A stretch of 61,711 nucleotides of DNA, filler included, from Candidatus Woesearchaeota archaeon (GCA_023266675.1; 5 parts of 5 records of this genome joined end to end with filler, not necessarily neighbours in it); one strand, 5' to 3'. Positions 29,323 through 40,153 are shown, counted from the whole stretch's first letter. A program made the numbers and translations. Notes: a model not told the origin generated them from the sequence alone.

Positions 29323-29961
29323 TTATTTCAATATTTCTCCAGTCCTGATGTACCACATGTACAAATCAAGTTCTGCTGCAGACATCTTCATATCATTTGC
29401 AAGCGATAAAAACTTTTTTTCAATCTCTAAATAATGCTTTTTGCTTATCGGCTTTGGAATAGAATCTATCATATTTGATTCCTTCATAAGTTTTAGTATG
29501 TGCCTGTCGAGTATTGAAGCATTGAAATAACCGATGTTTCTTAGGAAGTGTGATGCTTCCTTGTAGCCAAGACCTTTTATGTTTTTTACTAGCCATTCTC
29601 TTGCCGCAACTTCCCCTTCTTTTTTTGCAATTGAGTTTATTTTTTCTTTAATGTCAATATGCTCGCGTGCATTGACTATAAATCTTGCTTTGTTATTGTG
29701 AAATCTGTGCTTGTTTTTTATTATGCAATTTCTTACTTTATCCTCACTAAATTTTGAGAACCCTTCAGGCCCAAGTTCATTTTGAATACAAATAGCAGTT
29801 TTTGCTTTTGAGTTTGCGGTTAATAAACAAAAGCAGAGTTCAGAAAACCATTCTTTCTGATTTTTGTCTTTAAATGAAGAGAAATCATTTAGTCTGTCAT
29901 CAATCCTTTTTTTTAAAGGAGAAGACTTCATTTTTTTAATCTCTTTAATCAGTTCCTTCAT
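29323..29961 (-). CDS. ogg: 8-oxoguanine DNA glycosylase/AP lyase (Ogg2/archaeal type)
   Basis: ELCFCLLTANS, HRFHN.KA, IKGLGYKEASHFLRN, ILDRHI, ELDLYMWY. Confidence 0.93.
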   Translation of the reverse strand: MKELIKEIKKMKSSPLKKRIDDRLNDFSSFKDKNQKEWFSELCFCLLTANSKAKTAICIQNELGPEGFSKFSEDKVRNCIIKNKHRFHNNKARFIVNAREHIDIKEKINSIAKKEGEVAAREWLVKNIKGLGYKEASHFLRNIGYFNASILDRHILKLMKESNMIDSIPKPISKKHYLEIEKKFLSLANDMKMSAAELDLYMWYIRTGEILK

Positions 29962-30058
29962 ACTTTCATAGTTTTTACTCTATTTTTAAGTTTATGTTTT
30001 AACAAGAATTCTAATTCAATAACAATCTTTATAAAAACCGAAAAAAGAAATCAGAATT

Positions 30059-31240
30059 ATGATACTTCCGGAGTTTACAAACACGATAGAATTTCAGATG
30101 AGTTTACTCTTATTTCTGGCTTTGGCAGGCTATCTTTTGGCGTCTAAAATAAATCAGTCAGTTGTAATTGGTGAAATAATCGTTGGAATTATCATCGGGC
30201 CAAGTGTTTTTGGACTCATAACATATACTGACTTTGTCAAAAGCATAGCAACATTTGGCGCAATAATACTGCTATTTGTTGTTGGACTTGAGTTTAAGTT
30301 AAAAGATATATTCAATATTAAATATGGCGTAATTGCGCTATTTGGTGTAATCCTTCCGTGGGTTGGAGGATTTTATCTTTCAGAAGCTTTTGGATACTCA
30401 TTCTCAAGCGCAGTTTTTGTAGGAACAGCGCTGACTGCCACAAGCATTGCAATAACCGCAAATGTTTTGCGTGAGATGGGAAAGCTTCAGACAGACGCTG
30501 CAAAGGCAATAATTGGCGCAGCAGTAATTGATGACGTACTAAGCCTTCTAGTTCTTGCATTTTCAGAACAGATAGTTCATGGCGAAATATCTTTACTCTC
30601 ACTCTCTTTAATATCAATTAAAGCGCTTATGTTCCTTGTAGTAGGCGCTTATGTTGGGCAAAAGTATCTTACCAAAATAATCATGCGAATTGACAAAAGC
30701 AGCACATCAACAAAGTTTCCAGAATTCATATTCATCTTTGCAATGGCAGTTGCATTTTTTTACGCAATGATTGCAGAGTACATCCATCTTTCAGCTATTG
30801 TCGGCGCATTTTTAGCAGGAGTTTCGCTTGAAGGAGTAGTCATCAGAAACGGAAAAGATTATAGAGAAGGCGCAAGTTATCTTCACATAATCTTTGCGTC
30901 AATTTTCTTTGTTTCGCTAGGAATACTCGCAGATTTCCATTCAATTACTTCATCACTGCTTTGGTTTTTACTTGCGTTAACAGTAGTTGCAGCATTGACA
31001 AAGTTCATAGGGTGTTATCTTCCATCAAAATTTCTTGGCTTCTCAAACAAGGATGCGATGGTAATAGGCGTTGGCATGGTGCCTCGCGGAGAAGTTGCAA
31101 TGATAGTTGCAGTTATTGGTTTAAATTCAGGGCTTATAATGCAAGATATCTATATCTCTCTTGTTTTAATGAGCCTGCTTACAACAATAATAACACCAAT
31201 ACTTCTAAAGAACTGGTTTTACAAGTTATCAAAAACTTAA
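30059..31240 (+). CDS. CPA2-family cation:proton antiporter
   Basis: GEII.GIIIGP, ATSIAIT, AAVIDD, GMVPRGEV. Confidence 0.93.
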   Translation: MILPEFTNTIEFQMSLLLFLALAGYLLASKINQSVVIGEIIVGIIIGPSVFGLITYTDFVKSIATFGAIILLFVVGLEFKLKDIFNIKYGVIALFGVILPWVGGFYLSEAFGYSFSSAVFVGTALTATSIAITANVLREMGKLQTDAAKAIIGAAVIDDVLSLLVLAFSEQIVHGEISLLSLSLISIKALMFLVVGAYVGQKYLTKIIMRIDKSSTSTKFPEFIFIFAMAVAFFYAMIAEYIHLSAIVGAFLAGVSLEGVVIRNGKDYREGASYLHIIFASIFFVSLGILADFHSITSSLLWFLLALTVVAALTKFIGCYLPSKFLGFSNKDAMVIGVGMVPRGEVAMIVAVIGLNSGLIMQDIYISLVLMSLLTTIITPILLKNWFYKLSKT

Positions 31241-31420
31241 AATTAAATCTGACAGCGTCTTCTTTTTTGTTGTGTTCAAAACTCTCCAGGGATTAAACAA
31301 TACTCTATATATTCTTAGAATCTATTTTAAAATTCATAATAATTAAGAAAAATATAATAAAAATAAAAAAAATTTAATTTGTTTTCCTAGTTCTTCGATA
31401 AACTGTGATGTTTTCTAGAA

Positions 31421-31615
31421 TTAGTATGCTGGTTTTCTTTTTCTGTAGCAATCTTTGCAGTAAACTGGCTTGCCGTCTGCTGGTTTGAATGGTACTTCGC
31501 ATTCGTTGCCGCAGTCTGAGCATGTAGCTTTGTGCATTTCTCTTGGGCCGCTTGAGAAGTTTGTATTCCTTCTAAATCCGCCGCCGCCTCTATTGCCTCG
31601 TTCAAATTCACTCAT
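31421..31615 (-). CDS. CxxC-x17-CxxC domain protein with RGG-rich N-terminus
   Basis: REMHKATCSDCG.ECEVPFKP...KPVYC.DCY; GGAGG Shine-Dalgarno. Confidence 0.9.
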   Translation of the reverse strand: MSEFERGNRGGGGFRRNTNFSSGPREMHKATCSDCGNECEVPFKPADGKPVYCKDCYRKRKPAY

Positions 31616-31739
31616 TTTCTTCTTTCCTCCTATTTAACAGTACAAGTCATAAGTTTCCCCATAACCCTTCCCATTAGAATACTTAGAAAGCAATCCCCCT
31701 TTATAAAACTTCGCTTGATTTACGGATTTTGATATAATC

Positions 31740-33608
31740 TTAAACTTTCCTTTCGTTTACTATCTTCTTTAGAATATCTTCTTTTCCGTCCCAGACAAGC
31801 GCTTCTTTTAGTACGTCAACTATATTTTCAACTGAGATTATCTTTATCTTTTTTAGTTTTTCAGCGTCAATTACAATGTCCTTTACGTTTGATTTTGGAA
31901 CTAGAACAGCTGAGAGTCCTGCGTCAATTGCGGCTTCAACTTTTGATGATATTCCTCCAATTGGTAATACTTCGCCTCTTACTGACAGGCTTCCTGTCAT
32001 TGCAATATCCTGTCTGATAGGAACTTTCTTTAAAGCAGAGATGACTGTTGTTGCCACAGCTATAGATGCGGAGTCTCCTTCAACTCCTTCATATGTTTGT
32101 AAGAACTGCACATATATATCATATTTCCCTTTGATGTCTTCGCCGAAATATTTTTTAATAATAGCAGTAACGTTCTTTATTGCTTCTTTGGCTATTTCTC
32201 CAAGTTTTCCTGTAGCAATTATCTCTGATTCTTTTCCGCCAGGCGTTACTTCTGCTTCAATTGGCAGAATTATTCCTGAAAGCGCTGAGCCTGAACCTAT
32301 AACTGCTAAGCCGTTTACCCGACCAACTTGTTTTCCTACTACCCTTATTACTTCATATTCTTTTTTTCGTTCAATATATTCGTCAGCTATCTGCTGTTCA
32401 AGTGGTCTTGAAGTTCTTTTTGCACCAACTACATGCTTTTTTTCTACAAGATCTTTTCCGTCAGCCTTTGCTAGGTCGCCAGCTGCTCTTATTAACCCGC
32501 CAAGCTCTCGAAGTCTAAGTGTAAGGTGTCCTTTTCTGCTTGCCATTCGTCTTGCCTGTTCAATTATCACGTCAACTGCTTCTTTTGAGAAATGAGGAAT
32601 CTTCTGGTCTTTTTCAACTTCTTGAGCTACAAATGTTGCTATCTTATCCCTATTATCTTCAGTGTCAAGTATTGTTTCATCCATATACACTTCATAACCA
32701 TACCCTCTGATTCTTGAGCGTAGTGCCGGGTGCATATTTTTTACAGTTTCAAGATTTCCTGCTGCAATAAGAATGAATTTACATGGAACAGCTTCAGTTC
32801 TTACCATTGCGCCTGCGCTTCTTTCTGACTGTCCTGTGATAGGGTATTTTCCTTCCTGGAGTGCTGATAATAATTCCTGCTGTGTGTGAGGCTGAAGTGT
32901 TGACATTTCGTCAACAAATAACACTCCCATGTTTGCCTTATGAATCATACCTGCAACTACTCTTTCATGTGCAGGTGTTCCTAGACCTCCTGATTGAAAA
33001 GGGTCGTGAAGAACGTCGCCAAGAAGCGCTCCTGCGTGTGCGCCTGTTGCGTCAAGGAAAGGAACTTCTTTTTTCTTGTAGTTATCAACTATTATCTTTG
33101 GAATTTTTACTTTATCACTTGTTCTTCTGCCTAGATTGAGTGAAATTACAAATCCAACAATAAGTATCATACATGTTATAAGTGAAGCCGCATAAATAAC
33201 ATCTGAAATTTTTCCGGTTTTCCAAAAATAGAATGGGATAATAGAAATAATTATACCAACAATTAAAAAAAATGTACTTTGGTTTTTGAATATGTTCATG
33301 CTTTCAAGGCGAGCTTTTTGGATTAATTCCCTTGCCTGGCCTGAAGGCATTGTTCTAATTAGCGGCTGATTTTCGTCATCAGGGTTTGCAAATGAGATTA
33401 CATCAACAAGCTTTTCTTTTGATAATAAGTCTGCTAGTGCCATCCCAAGCATGGATTTTCCTGTACCTGGCTCTCCTATTAATAGAACGTGACGTCGCTG
33501 TTCAGCGCTTTTCTTTATTATCTCAACAGCCTTATCCTGCCCGACAACCTGATCAATAATCCTTTTGGACACCTTGATATCTTTTGTCGTCTTATATTTC
33601 AATGCCAT
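31740..33608 (-). CDS. lonB: archaeal membrane-anchored Lon protease (LonB)
   Basis: GEPGTGKS, two TM helices, [19 protein letters not shown] (catalytic Ser), GGISSK. Confidence 0.97.
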   Translation of the reverse strand: MALKYKTTKDIKVSKRIIDQVVGQDKAVEIIKKSAEQRRHVLLIGEPGTGKSMLGMALADLLSKEKLVDVISFANPDDENQPLIRTMPSGQARELIQKARLESMNIFKNQSTFFLIVGIIISIIPFYFWKTGKISDVIYAASLITCMILIVGFVISLNLGRRTSDKVKIPKIIVDNYKKKEVPFLDATGAHAGALLGDVLHDPFQSGGLGTPAHERVVAGMIHKANMGVLFVDEMSTLQPHTQQELLSALQEGKYPITGQSERSAGAMVRTEAVPCKFILIAAGNLETVKNMHPALRSRIRGYGYEVYMDETILDTEDNRDKIATFVAQEVEKDQKIPHFSKEAVDVIIEQARRMASRKGHLTLRLRELGGLIRAAGDLAKADGKDLVEKKHVVGAKRTSRPLEQQIADEYIERKKEYEVIRVVGKQVGRVNGLAVIGSGSALSGIILPIEAEVTPGGKESEIIATGKLGEIAKEAIKNVTAIIKKYFGEDIKGKYDIYVQFLQTYEGVEGDSASIAVATTVISALKKVPIRQDIAMTGSLSVRGEVLPIGGISSKVEAAIDAGLSAVLVPKSNVKDIVIDAEKLKKIKIISVENIVDVLKEALVWDGKEDILKKIVNERKV

Positions 33609-33806
33609 TATTCTGTTGAATTTTATCTATTATTTAAATTTAATGTTCTCAAGAAATATTTAAAAAATATAATAAAAAAATTAAACGTCTTTTATTTATT
33701 TTATTACTTTTGTTTTTTTACGTTAACGAATTTTGTCCAGTACAAAGCTACAGGTAAAAAAAAGAATAAAAGCTTGGTTGAAAGTATAAATAAAGCAAGC
33801 ATTTTA

Positions 33807-33893
33807 CTATTCCTCTACTTTGTCAGGGTCGCCTTCGTGGTCTCTTAACTCCTCCATGAGTTCTTTGTAGTCTTCGTCGTTAATTAATGACAT
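33807..33893 (-). CDS. putative 28-aa acidic micro-protein (MSLINDEDYKELMEELRDHEGDPDKVEE)
   Basis: GAGGCGA Shine-Dalgarno-like sequence upstream; coding-like composition inside an AT-rich intergenic region. Confidence 0.55.
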   Translation of the reverse strand: MSLINDEDYKELMEELRDHEGDPDKVEE

Positions 33894-34429
33894 TTCAATC
33901 GCCTCTTTTTCCCTGCTTTTTATATTTCTGCTGCTTTTATTCTTCTACCTATTTGTGTTATTGCTGCTAGGCTCTTTGCATTAAAACTTTATTTTTTTGA
34001 CTGTATAGTCTTTTAAACAGCACTGTGGCTTGTTTTTTGTAGTTTTTTGTGTTTAATGCCTTTAACTTGGTCTTCTCATCCCATAATCATCTTATGGTTA
34101 AATTCCTCGTTATTTTTTTATTTTAACTTCTTGCCTTCTTTTTATTTAACATCTATCGCCAAATAGTTGTTTTTCTATTGTTCATAATTACCTCCCAATT
34201 TCGCTAGAGGCATTATTAAACAACTAGTATACGTAATACTATACTGGTATATAAACATATCGTTTTTTGATATTTTATAGTTTTATAAAACTTAGATTAT
34301 ACAACCTGTTGTTATTTAAATTTTGTAAAAATACAACTGATTGTGTTTTTACCAAATCTTTGATATTTCCTGTTTTTTTGAAAAATTTATTTGAAAAAGT
34401 ATAAATACCCACGATAAAACATATAATAA

Positions 34430-34765
34430 ATGGATAAGGATTTTGCATTAAAACTAGCTGTTATCGTCTCAATTACAGGGCTTATAATGTTATTTATCGT
34501 CTCAAAATTCATTACAATTGAGCCTGTTGGAATTGGTTCTGTAGACGAAAGACTTGTCGGAAAGACTGTTTTGGTTAAAGGCGAGATAACAAAGATATCA
34601 TCGTCAGAGAGGGCAGTGATTTATGTTGACAATAACCCTCTCCCTCTGGTTGCTTTTTCTAATATTGAACTTGAGAAAAACACAAACGTTTTGATTACAG
34701 GCAGAGTTGACGAGTACAAAGACGGACTTCAAGTCATAATAGATAAAATTGAAGTCGTGAAATAA
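34430..34765 (+). CDS. membrane-anchored OB-fold protein
   Basis: N-terminal TM helix; V.V.G.I...V.ITGRVDEYK..LQVIIDKI. Confidence 0.75.
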   Translation: MDKDFALKLAVIVSITGLIMLFIVSKFITIEPVGIGSVDERLVGKTVLVKGEITKISSSERAVIYVDNNPLPLVAFSNIELEKNTNVLITGRVDEYKDGLQVIIDKIEVVK

Positions 34766-34807
34766 CTTCCATAACATATTTATAGTTCTAATCTTAAAAT
34801 AATAGTT

Positions 34808-34993
34808 ATGGAGCGCGATTGGCTAAAACTCTTTGATATCATAGATAATTTCATGGAAGAGACTCATATGCAGTGGAACCATGGAGACTGGTTATCGCTA
34901 TTGTCAAAAGTCAATCGGGCAGGATTAATAATGGATCCAGACGAGCTTGGAAAGCTTATTGAAAGAGAAAGAGAACGACGGTTAAAAAAATAA
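34808..34993 (+). CDS. small hypothetical protein (61 aa)
   Basis: TTTATA box about 25 nt upstream (leaderless); WNHGDW motif. Confidence 0.65.
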   Translation: MERDWLKLFDIIDNFMEETHMQWNHGDWLSLLSKVNRAGLIMDPDELGKLIERERERRLKK

Positions 34994-35337
34994 TTTCTTA
35001 TTGAATACATTAATTTATATATTGCAGAATATACTTAGCTCTTGGAAGTGGTAAAAATGAGCAAAAACAACTGTTTAAAATGTAATCTTGAAATATCTGA
35101 TTATAGAATCTACTGTGACGAATGTCTTCACCCAACAAGTGATTAATCGTCTTTTTCTTTTGTATATAACCGAATAGCTTAAATATCTGTTTAATTAGGA
35201 AGTTCTTTAACATAGTTTAAAGTAGAAAAAACAGTTAAAGGTGAGTAAAACAACTGGTTACGGTCAGTTGACACCCAAATCAGGCAATATACGAAAAGCA
35301 TATTGCCTAGAACTAATATTAATATAAAGGTGAGAAA

Positions 35338-35538
35338 ATGGCAAAAAAGAAAGTAAACGATGTTATGTGTAAATTGCAAAACAATTCCGGCTGTACAAGC
35401 GGAGTATACGGAGTAGGATTTGCAGGCGCGCTTGTATATTATATACAGACAGCAACAGGTTTTTGGAACGGCGCACTAGGCGTAATTAAAGCACTAGTCT
35501 GGCCAGCAATGCTTGTGTACAAACTGCTTGGGAATTAG
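35338..35538 (+). CDS. small membrane protein
   Basis: AGGTGA Shine-Dalgarno; VYGVGFAGALVYYIQTATGFW..ALG..KALVWPA.LVY. Confidence 0.75.
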   Translation: MAKKKVNDVMCKLQNNSGCTSGVYGVGFAGALVYYIQTATGFWNGALGVIKALVWPAMLVYKLLGN

Positions 35539-35576
35539 ATAGCAAGAATATCATTATCTTTTTTTAACACCAAAAT

Positions 35577-35676
35577 NNNNNNNNNNNNNNNNNNNNNNNN
35601 NNNNNNNNNNNNNNNNNNNNTTAATTAATTAANNNNNNNNNNNNNNNNNNNNNNNNNNNNNNNNNNNNNNNNNNNN
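35577..35676. other. artificial linker
   Basis: N-run with TTAATTAATTAA. Confidence 0.97.
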
Positions 35677-36266
35677 ATGTCAAACTGCATAAGCCTGTCA
35701 TCAAGCAAATCAATTTTCACATCTAGCGAGTCAAGGAATTGTTCATCAGGCTTAAAAACGTTAAGCTCGCAGAATTCTTTATAAAGTAATTCATCATTTG
35801 TTGCGATAAATCCTCCTTCTCCAAGGTCTATTGGTTTTGCATTCCCAAATGAGCCTATTATAACGTCGCCATATTTGGCCTCATCAGTTCCTATTGAGCC
35901 TGAAACGTCATTGATGACAAAGATTTTGTTTTCCATGCATTTCTCGTAAATGAATTCCATGTCCTCAAGGAAAGCATAAGCAGGCATAGAATTTACAAGC
36001 AGAACCGCGCCTTTGTGTGCTTCAAGGTCTTTAGGGTTAATCAAACCGTAATCAGTCTTAAGTTCAACCTTTTCAAATTTGAGTTTTTCTATGAACTCAG
36101 GATAAGTAAGCCATCCGCCCTGATCCTGAATCAGTACTTTTGAATGCTTTTTTCTAAGCTTTAGAACTTCAAGCGATAGTTTTATTGAGTTGTTGCCTCG
36201 CGAGGTGAATACAAGGTATTTCTTGTCTACAAGTTCGCAGAGTTTCTGTGCAGGTGTTTTAGCCAT
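35677..36266 (-). CDS. DegT/DnrJ/EryC1/StrS-like PLP-dependent protein, 3'-truncated by the linker
   Basis: FTSRGN, INDVSGSIG, GSFGNAKPIDLGEGGFIATND. Confidence 0.75.
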
Positions 36267-36315
36267 ATCACTTTTCCGAAAATCATATATAGGTTATAAA
36301 TATTTGCTTAAAAGT

Positions 36316-36804
36316 ATGGCAGACAATTACTACGACGAGATTTCTGAAGGGTATGAAGAGCTTCATCGCGAAGAGCAAGAAAAGAAAATGAAAATCATCC
36401 TTAAGGAGGTGAAAGTGAATCCAGAAGATTCACTCCTTGATGTTGGCTGCGGCACTGGAATAACAACAGCGCCGTGGATGTGCATTCGGACAGGAATTGA
36501 CCCTGCAAAAAAACTGCTTGAGAAAGCNNNNNNNNNNGTAAAGTATGTTTTAGCAAAAGCTGAAGATATTCCGTTCCCTGACAAGACATTTGAGGTTGTA
36601 ACGTCAGTTACGGCGATACAAAACTTTTCTGACATAAAAAAAGGGATTTCTGAGATAAAGCGAGTAGGCAAAAAAACTTTTGTTTTAACCTATCTTAAAA
36701 AAAGCAGCAAAGCAGAAATGATTGAGAAAATTATTAAAGAGTTATTCAAAGTTAAAAAAAGGATTGAAGAGGACAAAGACATTATTTTTATCTGTGAAAA
36801 GTAA
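36316..36804 (+). CDS. class I SAM-dependent methyltransferase (contains a 10-N gap)
   Basis: LLDVGCGTG, GIDP, AEDIPFPDKTF, EIKRV; start MADNYY after a TATA box. Confidence 0.88.
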   Translation: MADNYYDEISEGYEELHREEQEKKMKIILKEVKVNPEDSLLDVGCGTGITTAPWMCIRTGIDPAKKLLEKXXXXVKYVLAKAEDIPFPDKTFEVVTSVTAIQNFSDIKKGISEIKRVGKKTFVLTYLKKSSKAEMIEKIIKELFKVKKRIEEDKDIIFICEK

Positions 36805-36806
36805 GA

Positions 36807-37001
36807 TTAATATTTATTATGCTTGATGTACCAGTCACATTCAAAGCACCATTTCTTTTTTCCGTCCTGCGAACATACCGGGCTGAAACTGTTAATTGAC
36901 CAGCATCTGTCGCCGACATTATTCTTGAACACTGGACAGTGTGTTCGTATAGATTTAGCGCAATTGGTGAACTCCCAGCAATTTTTAGAATCAGTAACCA
37001 T
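36807..37001 (-). CDS. small Cys/Trp-rich (two-CW-like) domain protein
   Basis: NCWEFTNC...CP......RCW.....C......C..C..Y. Confidence 0.7.
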   Translation of the reverse strand: MVTDSKNCWEFTNCAKSIRTHCPVFKNNVGDRCWSINSFSPVCSQDGKKKWCFECDWYIKHNKY

Positions 37002-37054
37002 TAAGATGTTATGCTTTCATCGTATTTAAAATTAACTGAAAAAAGAAAAACAGA

Positions 37055-39589
37055 TTACTGAACCATTTTTTTCTTCATGTCTTCAAGCTCTTTTAAGAAT
37101 CGCTGTATTGTTTTTGGAACGTGTTCTTCCTGTGTCTGGAGTATTCTTGCGGTCTCCTTTAATACGTCACCTTCAAAGTTTTCGTCTGACGTCAACTCGA
37201 ATTCCTCAATATTGACTTCCTTTTGTTTTTTGATAGCAGACTTTGCTTTCTTCCATTTTTCAAATATCTCCTGAGACCTTGCAGGAATTTTTAATTTATC
37301 AATTCCAAGCATTTCAGAAACCGCATTTAACACGTCATCTTTTGCATTTTCTACCGCAGAACTAGCGTCACCAGCGACAAATTCTATCCTTATTATTGAG
37401 TCTGATATCTTTGAAGTCTTAAGAATTTTTATGCTAACTGCTTCGCCAGTTCGCCTCAAGTGTGTCCCACCACATGCCTCTACATCAACTCCGTCAACGT
37501 CAATAATCCTTAATTTTTTTCCTGGAACCGCTCCGCCCTGATAAATTTTCATTCCGTATTTTTTTTCAGCTTCTGCACGAAGAAGGAAATTTGAATTGAC
37601 AACAAGGTCCTGCTGAATTACCCAGTTTGCTTCTTCTTCAATATCATTTACCTGCTGTTCAGTCAGGCTTTCAAAATGTGTTATGTCAAGGTGCGCTTTT
37701 TCTTTTGTTTTTTTTGCGCCTGCCTGATAAACGTGGTTTCCAAGAACCTTTTTTGCGGCAGCATTAACTATATGAGTTGATGTGTGATGCTGCGCTAACT
37801 GTTTTCGCCTGACAAAGTCAATTTTGCCAGTTACAGAGTCCCCTTTTTTAAAACTGCTTGAATCCTTTACAAAATGAATTATGTATGGCCCTTGTTTTAT
37901 GACATTGTATACTTCAACGTGATTTAGTGTTCCGATATCGTGAAGCTGCCCACCTGATGTTGGATAAAACACTGTCTTGTCAAGCACAACCGCATCACCG
38001 TTGACGTAAAGCACGTGCCCCTGAAACTCTATTTTTGAATAATCGTCGTAATAAAGCGCGACAGTGTCAGGTGTTCCTTCTGGTATTAGGATTTTTTCAT
38101 CAAGTTTCGTCTGATGAACCTGGGCTTTTTTCTCGTGACGTGCAGAAACTTTTATGTAAAAATCGTCAGGAACTACAACTTCGATTCCTGATTTTTTTGC
38201 CTCGCTTTTTATTATGTCAGGAGTTATTCCGTTTGAATCGTATAGTTCTATAAGCACGTCTTCAGTTATATCTCCTTTTTTTATCATCTGGAGAACTAGC
38301 GCATTTGCGCGGTCTTTTGTGCTTTCATATTTTCGTTTTTCAACGTTTATTATGTCACGCACTTCCTGCAGGTTTTCTTGTAGCTCAGGGAATATTTCTT
38401 TTAATTCCTCTGCATGCCACGCGCACACATCAGCCAAATCAATATCCCATTTGTATTGGTCAATGAATGAGAATGCTCGTCTAGCAAGCACTCTAAGATT
38501 ATATCCGCCGCCAACGTTTGATGCAAGTGCGCCGTCGCTAAATGCGATTAATAATCCTCTTGCATGTTCAGCTATTGAGTAAAGCGCTGCGTTTGGTAAA
38601 ACTATTTCTTTTAATTTTAAAACATCTATGCCAACTTTATCAGATACTCTTTGCCACGCCTTTTGAATATCGTCAACTTCATCAATGTTTAGGTATCCTG
38701 CATAAGGAACATATTTTTTGATTATTTTTTCGTCAACTGATATATTTGTTCTTTCCCGAAGTTTTTTCATAACGGCAGGAAAAGTTGCATCATATATTGT
38801 TGGCACACCCTGTGAGAACCAAGCGTTTCGTTCCATTCCCATTCCCATGTCAAGGACTTTAAGCTTTAGCTCTTCCTGTCCGCTTGGCGTCTGTTCATAC
38901 ATCATGTAAACCTGATTTCCTATTTCAACGCCGCGTGAGAAGAATTCCATGCAAGGTCCAAAGTTTCCGCCGCCAGCCCATGCATCTTCGTGAAATATTA
39001 TTTCGCTGTCGAGAAGTCCAAGTCCGTCGTTAAGCCATTTTTTTATGTCTGAAAAGACTTTTTCTTGGTTCCATTTATCTGGTGATACAAACATGTGCTG
39101 GCCAATCATGTTAAAGCAGGTCATATGAGCGCCTGTTATTCCGACGTTGTCAATATCTCCAAACCTTAGGCAAAATTGTGGTATAACTAAAGGATTTGCT
39201 GGTGCTTCAACTTCGCCGCTTACAACGTATGGCTGAAATGCTGCAATTGATGCTATTGTGAAATCCATATCGTCACGCCAGCGAGCTACAAGCGGATAAC
39301 GCTTTATTGGTGTGTATCCAAGAGTGCTAAACATGATGCTGAATTTTTTCCACACGTCGATATAAGAAAGTTTTTCACTACATGGGTTGTTTTCAAAAAA
39401 CCTAAATCCTCCGCTGCATGCAGAGTCTCCGCACGTCTTTGAATCCGTTGACGTCCAGTAATAAATTCCGCAGTCACAGTGTTTTCTCTTGAATCCTGAT
39501 TTTTTAAGTACGTTTGTAGCATAATACTTGTCATGGTTCTCTGACGCAGTACGCTTGAATTCTTTTTTTATTTCTTTGTCTGTTGGCAT
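37055..39589 (-). CDS. alaS: alanine--tRNA ligase (archaeal type)
   Basis: YPLVARWRDD, QFCLRFGDIDNVG, WAGGGNFGP, editing motifs HTSTH and CGGTH. Confidence 0.98.
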   Translation of the reverse strand: MPTDKEIKKEFKRTASENHDKYYATNVLKKSGFKRKHCDCGIYYWTSTDSKTCGDSACSGGFRFFENNPCSEKLSYIDVWKKFSIMFSTLGYTPIKRYPLVARWRDDMDFTIASIAAFQPYVVSGEVEAPANPLVIPQFCLRFGDIDNVGITGAHMTCFNMIGQHMFVSPDKWNQEKVFSDIKKWLNDGLGLLDSEIIFHEDAWAGGGNFGPCMEFFSRGVEIGNQVYMMYEQTPSGQEELKLKVLDMGMGMERNAWFSQGVPTIYDATFPAVMKKLRERTNISVDEKIIKKYVPYAGYLNIDEVDDIQKAWQRVSDKVGIDVLKLKEIVLPNAALYSIAEHARGLLIAFSDGALASNVGGGYNLRVLARRAFSFIDQYKWDIDLADVCAWHAEELKEIFPELQENLQEVRDIINVEKRKYESTKDRANALVLQMIKKGDITEDVLIELYDSNGITPDIIKSEAKKSGIEVVVPDDFYIKVSARHEKKAQVHQTKLDEKILIPEGTPDTVALYYDDYSKIEFQGHVLYVNGDAVVLDKTVFYPTSGGQLHDIGTLNHVEVYNVIKQGPYIIHFVKDSSSFKKGDSVTGKIDFVRRKQLAQHHTSTHIVNAAAKKVLGNHVYQAGAKKTKEKAHLDITHFESLTEQQVNDIEEEANWVIQQDLVVNSNFLLRAEAEKKYGMKIYQGGAVPGKKLRIIDVDGVDVEACGGTHLRRTGEAVSIKILKTSKISDSIIRIEFVAGDASSAVENAKDDVLNAVSEMLGIDKLKIPARSQEIFEKWKKAKSAIKKQKEVNIEEFELTSDENFEGDVLKETARILQTQEEHVPKTIQRFLKELEDMKKKMVQ

Positions 39590-39633
39590 GAGGAGTAAAA
39601 ATTAATATATTGTTTATAAGCTTTGCTACCGAC

Positions 39634-39736
39634 CTCATGAAAACTTTTTGTTTTCAGGACGCAGATAATTTTGTTGTCAAGCGTTTTACAAAAGCTCGAG
39701 CAAAAGAGAGCGTATTGCTAAAAAAAAGCAATACAC
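39634..39736 (+). repeat. dispersed multi-hairpin repeat, copy B
   Basis: homologous to copy A over its whole length and to copy C in its 3' half. Confidence 0.9.
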
Positions 39737-39820
39737 CAAGTTAGGAATTAAAAAAATGAAATCCAAAACTAAATAAATAAGTTATTTCAAAGAGTGTGTA
39801 TATCAGTAGGAGGATTAAAG

Positions 39821-40153
39821 ATGGGTTTTTTTCATAAAACGTTAGAAAGAGCAATAGGAAAATTGAATGATAATAATTATCGTGAAGCAATTGAAATATT
39901 AGAAAGCCATATTAATGGAGAGCACCAGGCTGACAGTGATTTAATGCTTCTGAAAAAAGCAATTGACCAATACAATGAGAAGATAACAACTGCAAAAGCC
40001 AATTTAGAGAGAATAAATAATATAATGAATAGAGAAGCAAGAGAAAAGGAAAAAGTTTCAGCGTTGAATAGCATGCATGAAGCGATAGTAAAGTTAGAAA
40101 AAGTAGAAACGATTGTCAGAGCATTAAGGGATGACACAAAAAGATTAAGGTAA
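39821..40153 (+). CDS. alpha-helical hypothetical protein
   Basis: GGAGG Shine-Dalgarno before ATG 39821 (MGFFHK...). Confidence 0.75.
   Translation: MGFFHKTLERAIGKLNDNNYREAIEILESHINGEHQADSDLMLLKKAIDQYNEKITTAKANLERINNIMNREAREKEKVSALNSMHEAIVKLEKVETIVRALRDDTKRLR

Noticed and set aside
33489..33848. 119-aa plus-strand ORF over the lonB start
   Set aside because: Antisense overlap with low-complexity F/L/Y/K composition typical of AT-rich non-coding DNA
35010..35379. Minus-strand 67-aa and 62-aa ORFs
   Set aside because: No motif or Shine-Dalgarno, and one overlaps a better-supported plus-strand gene; cannot be supported
36190..36315. Upstream TTG extension of the methyltransferase
   Set aside because: Overlaps the divergent DegT-like gene and the shared promoter; ATG 36316 preferred
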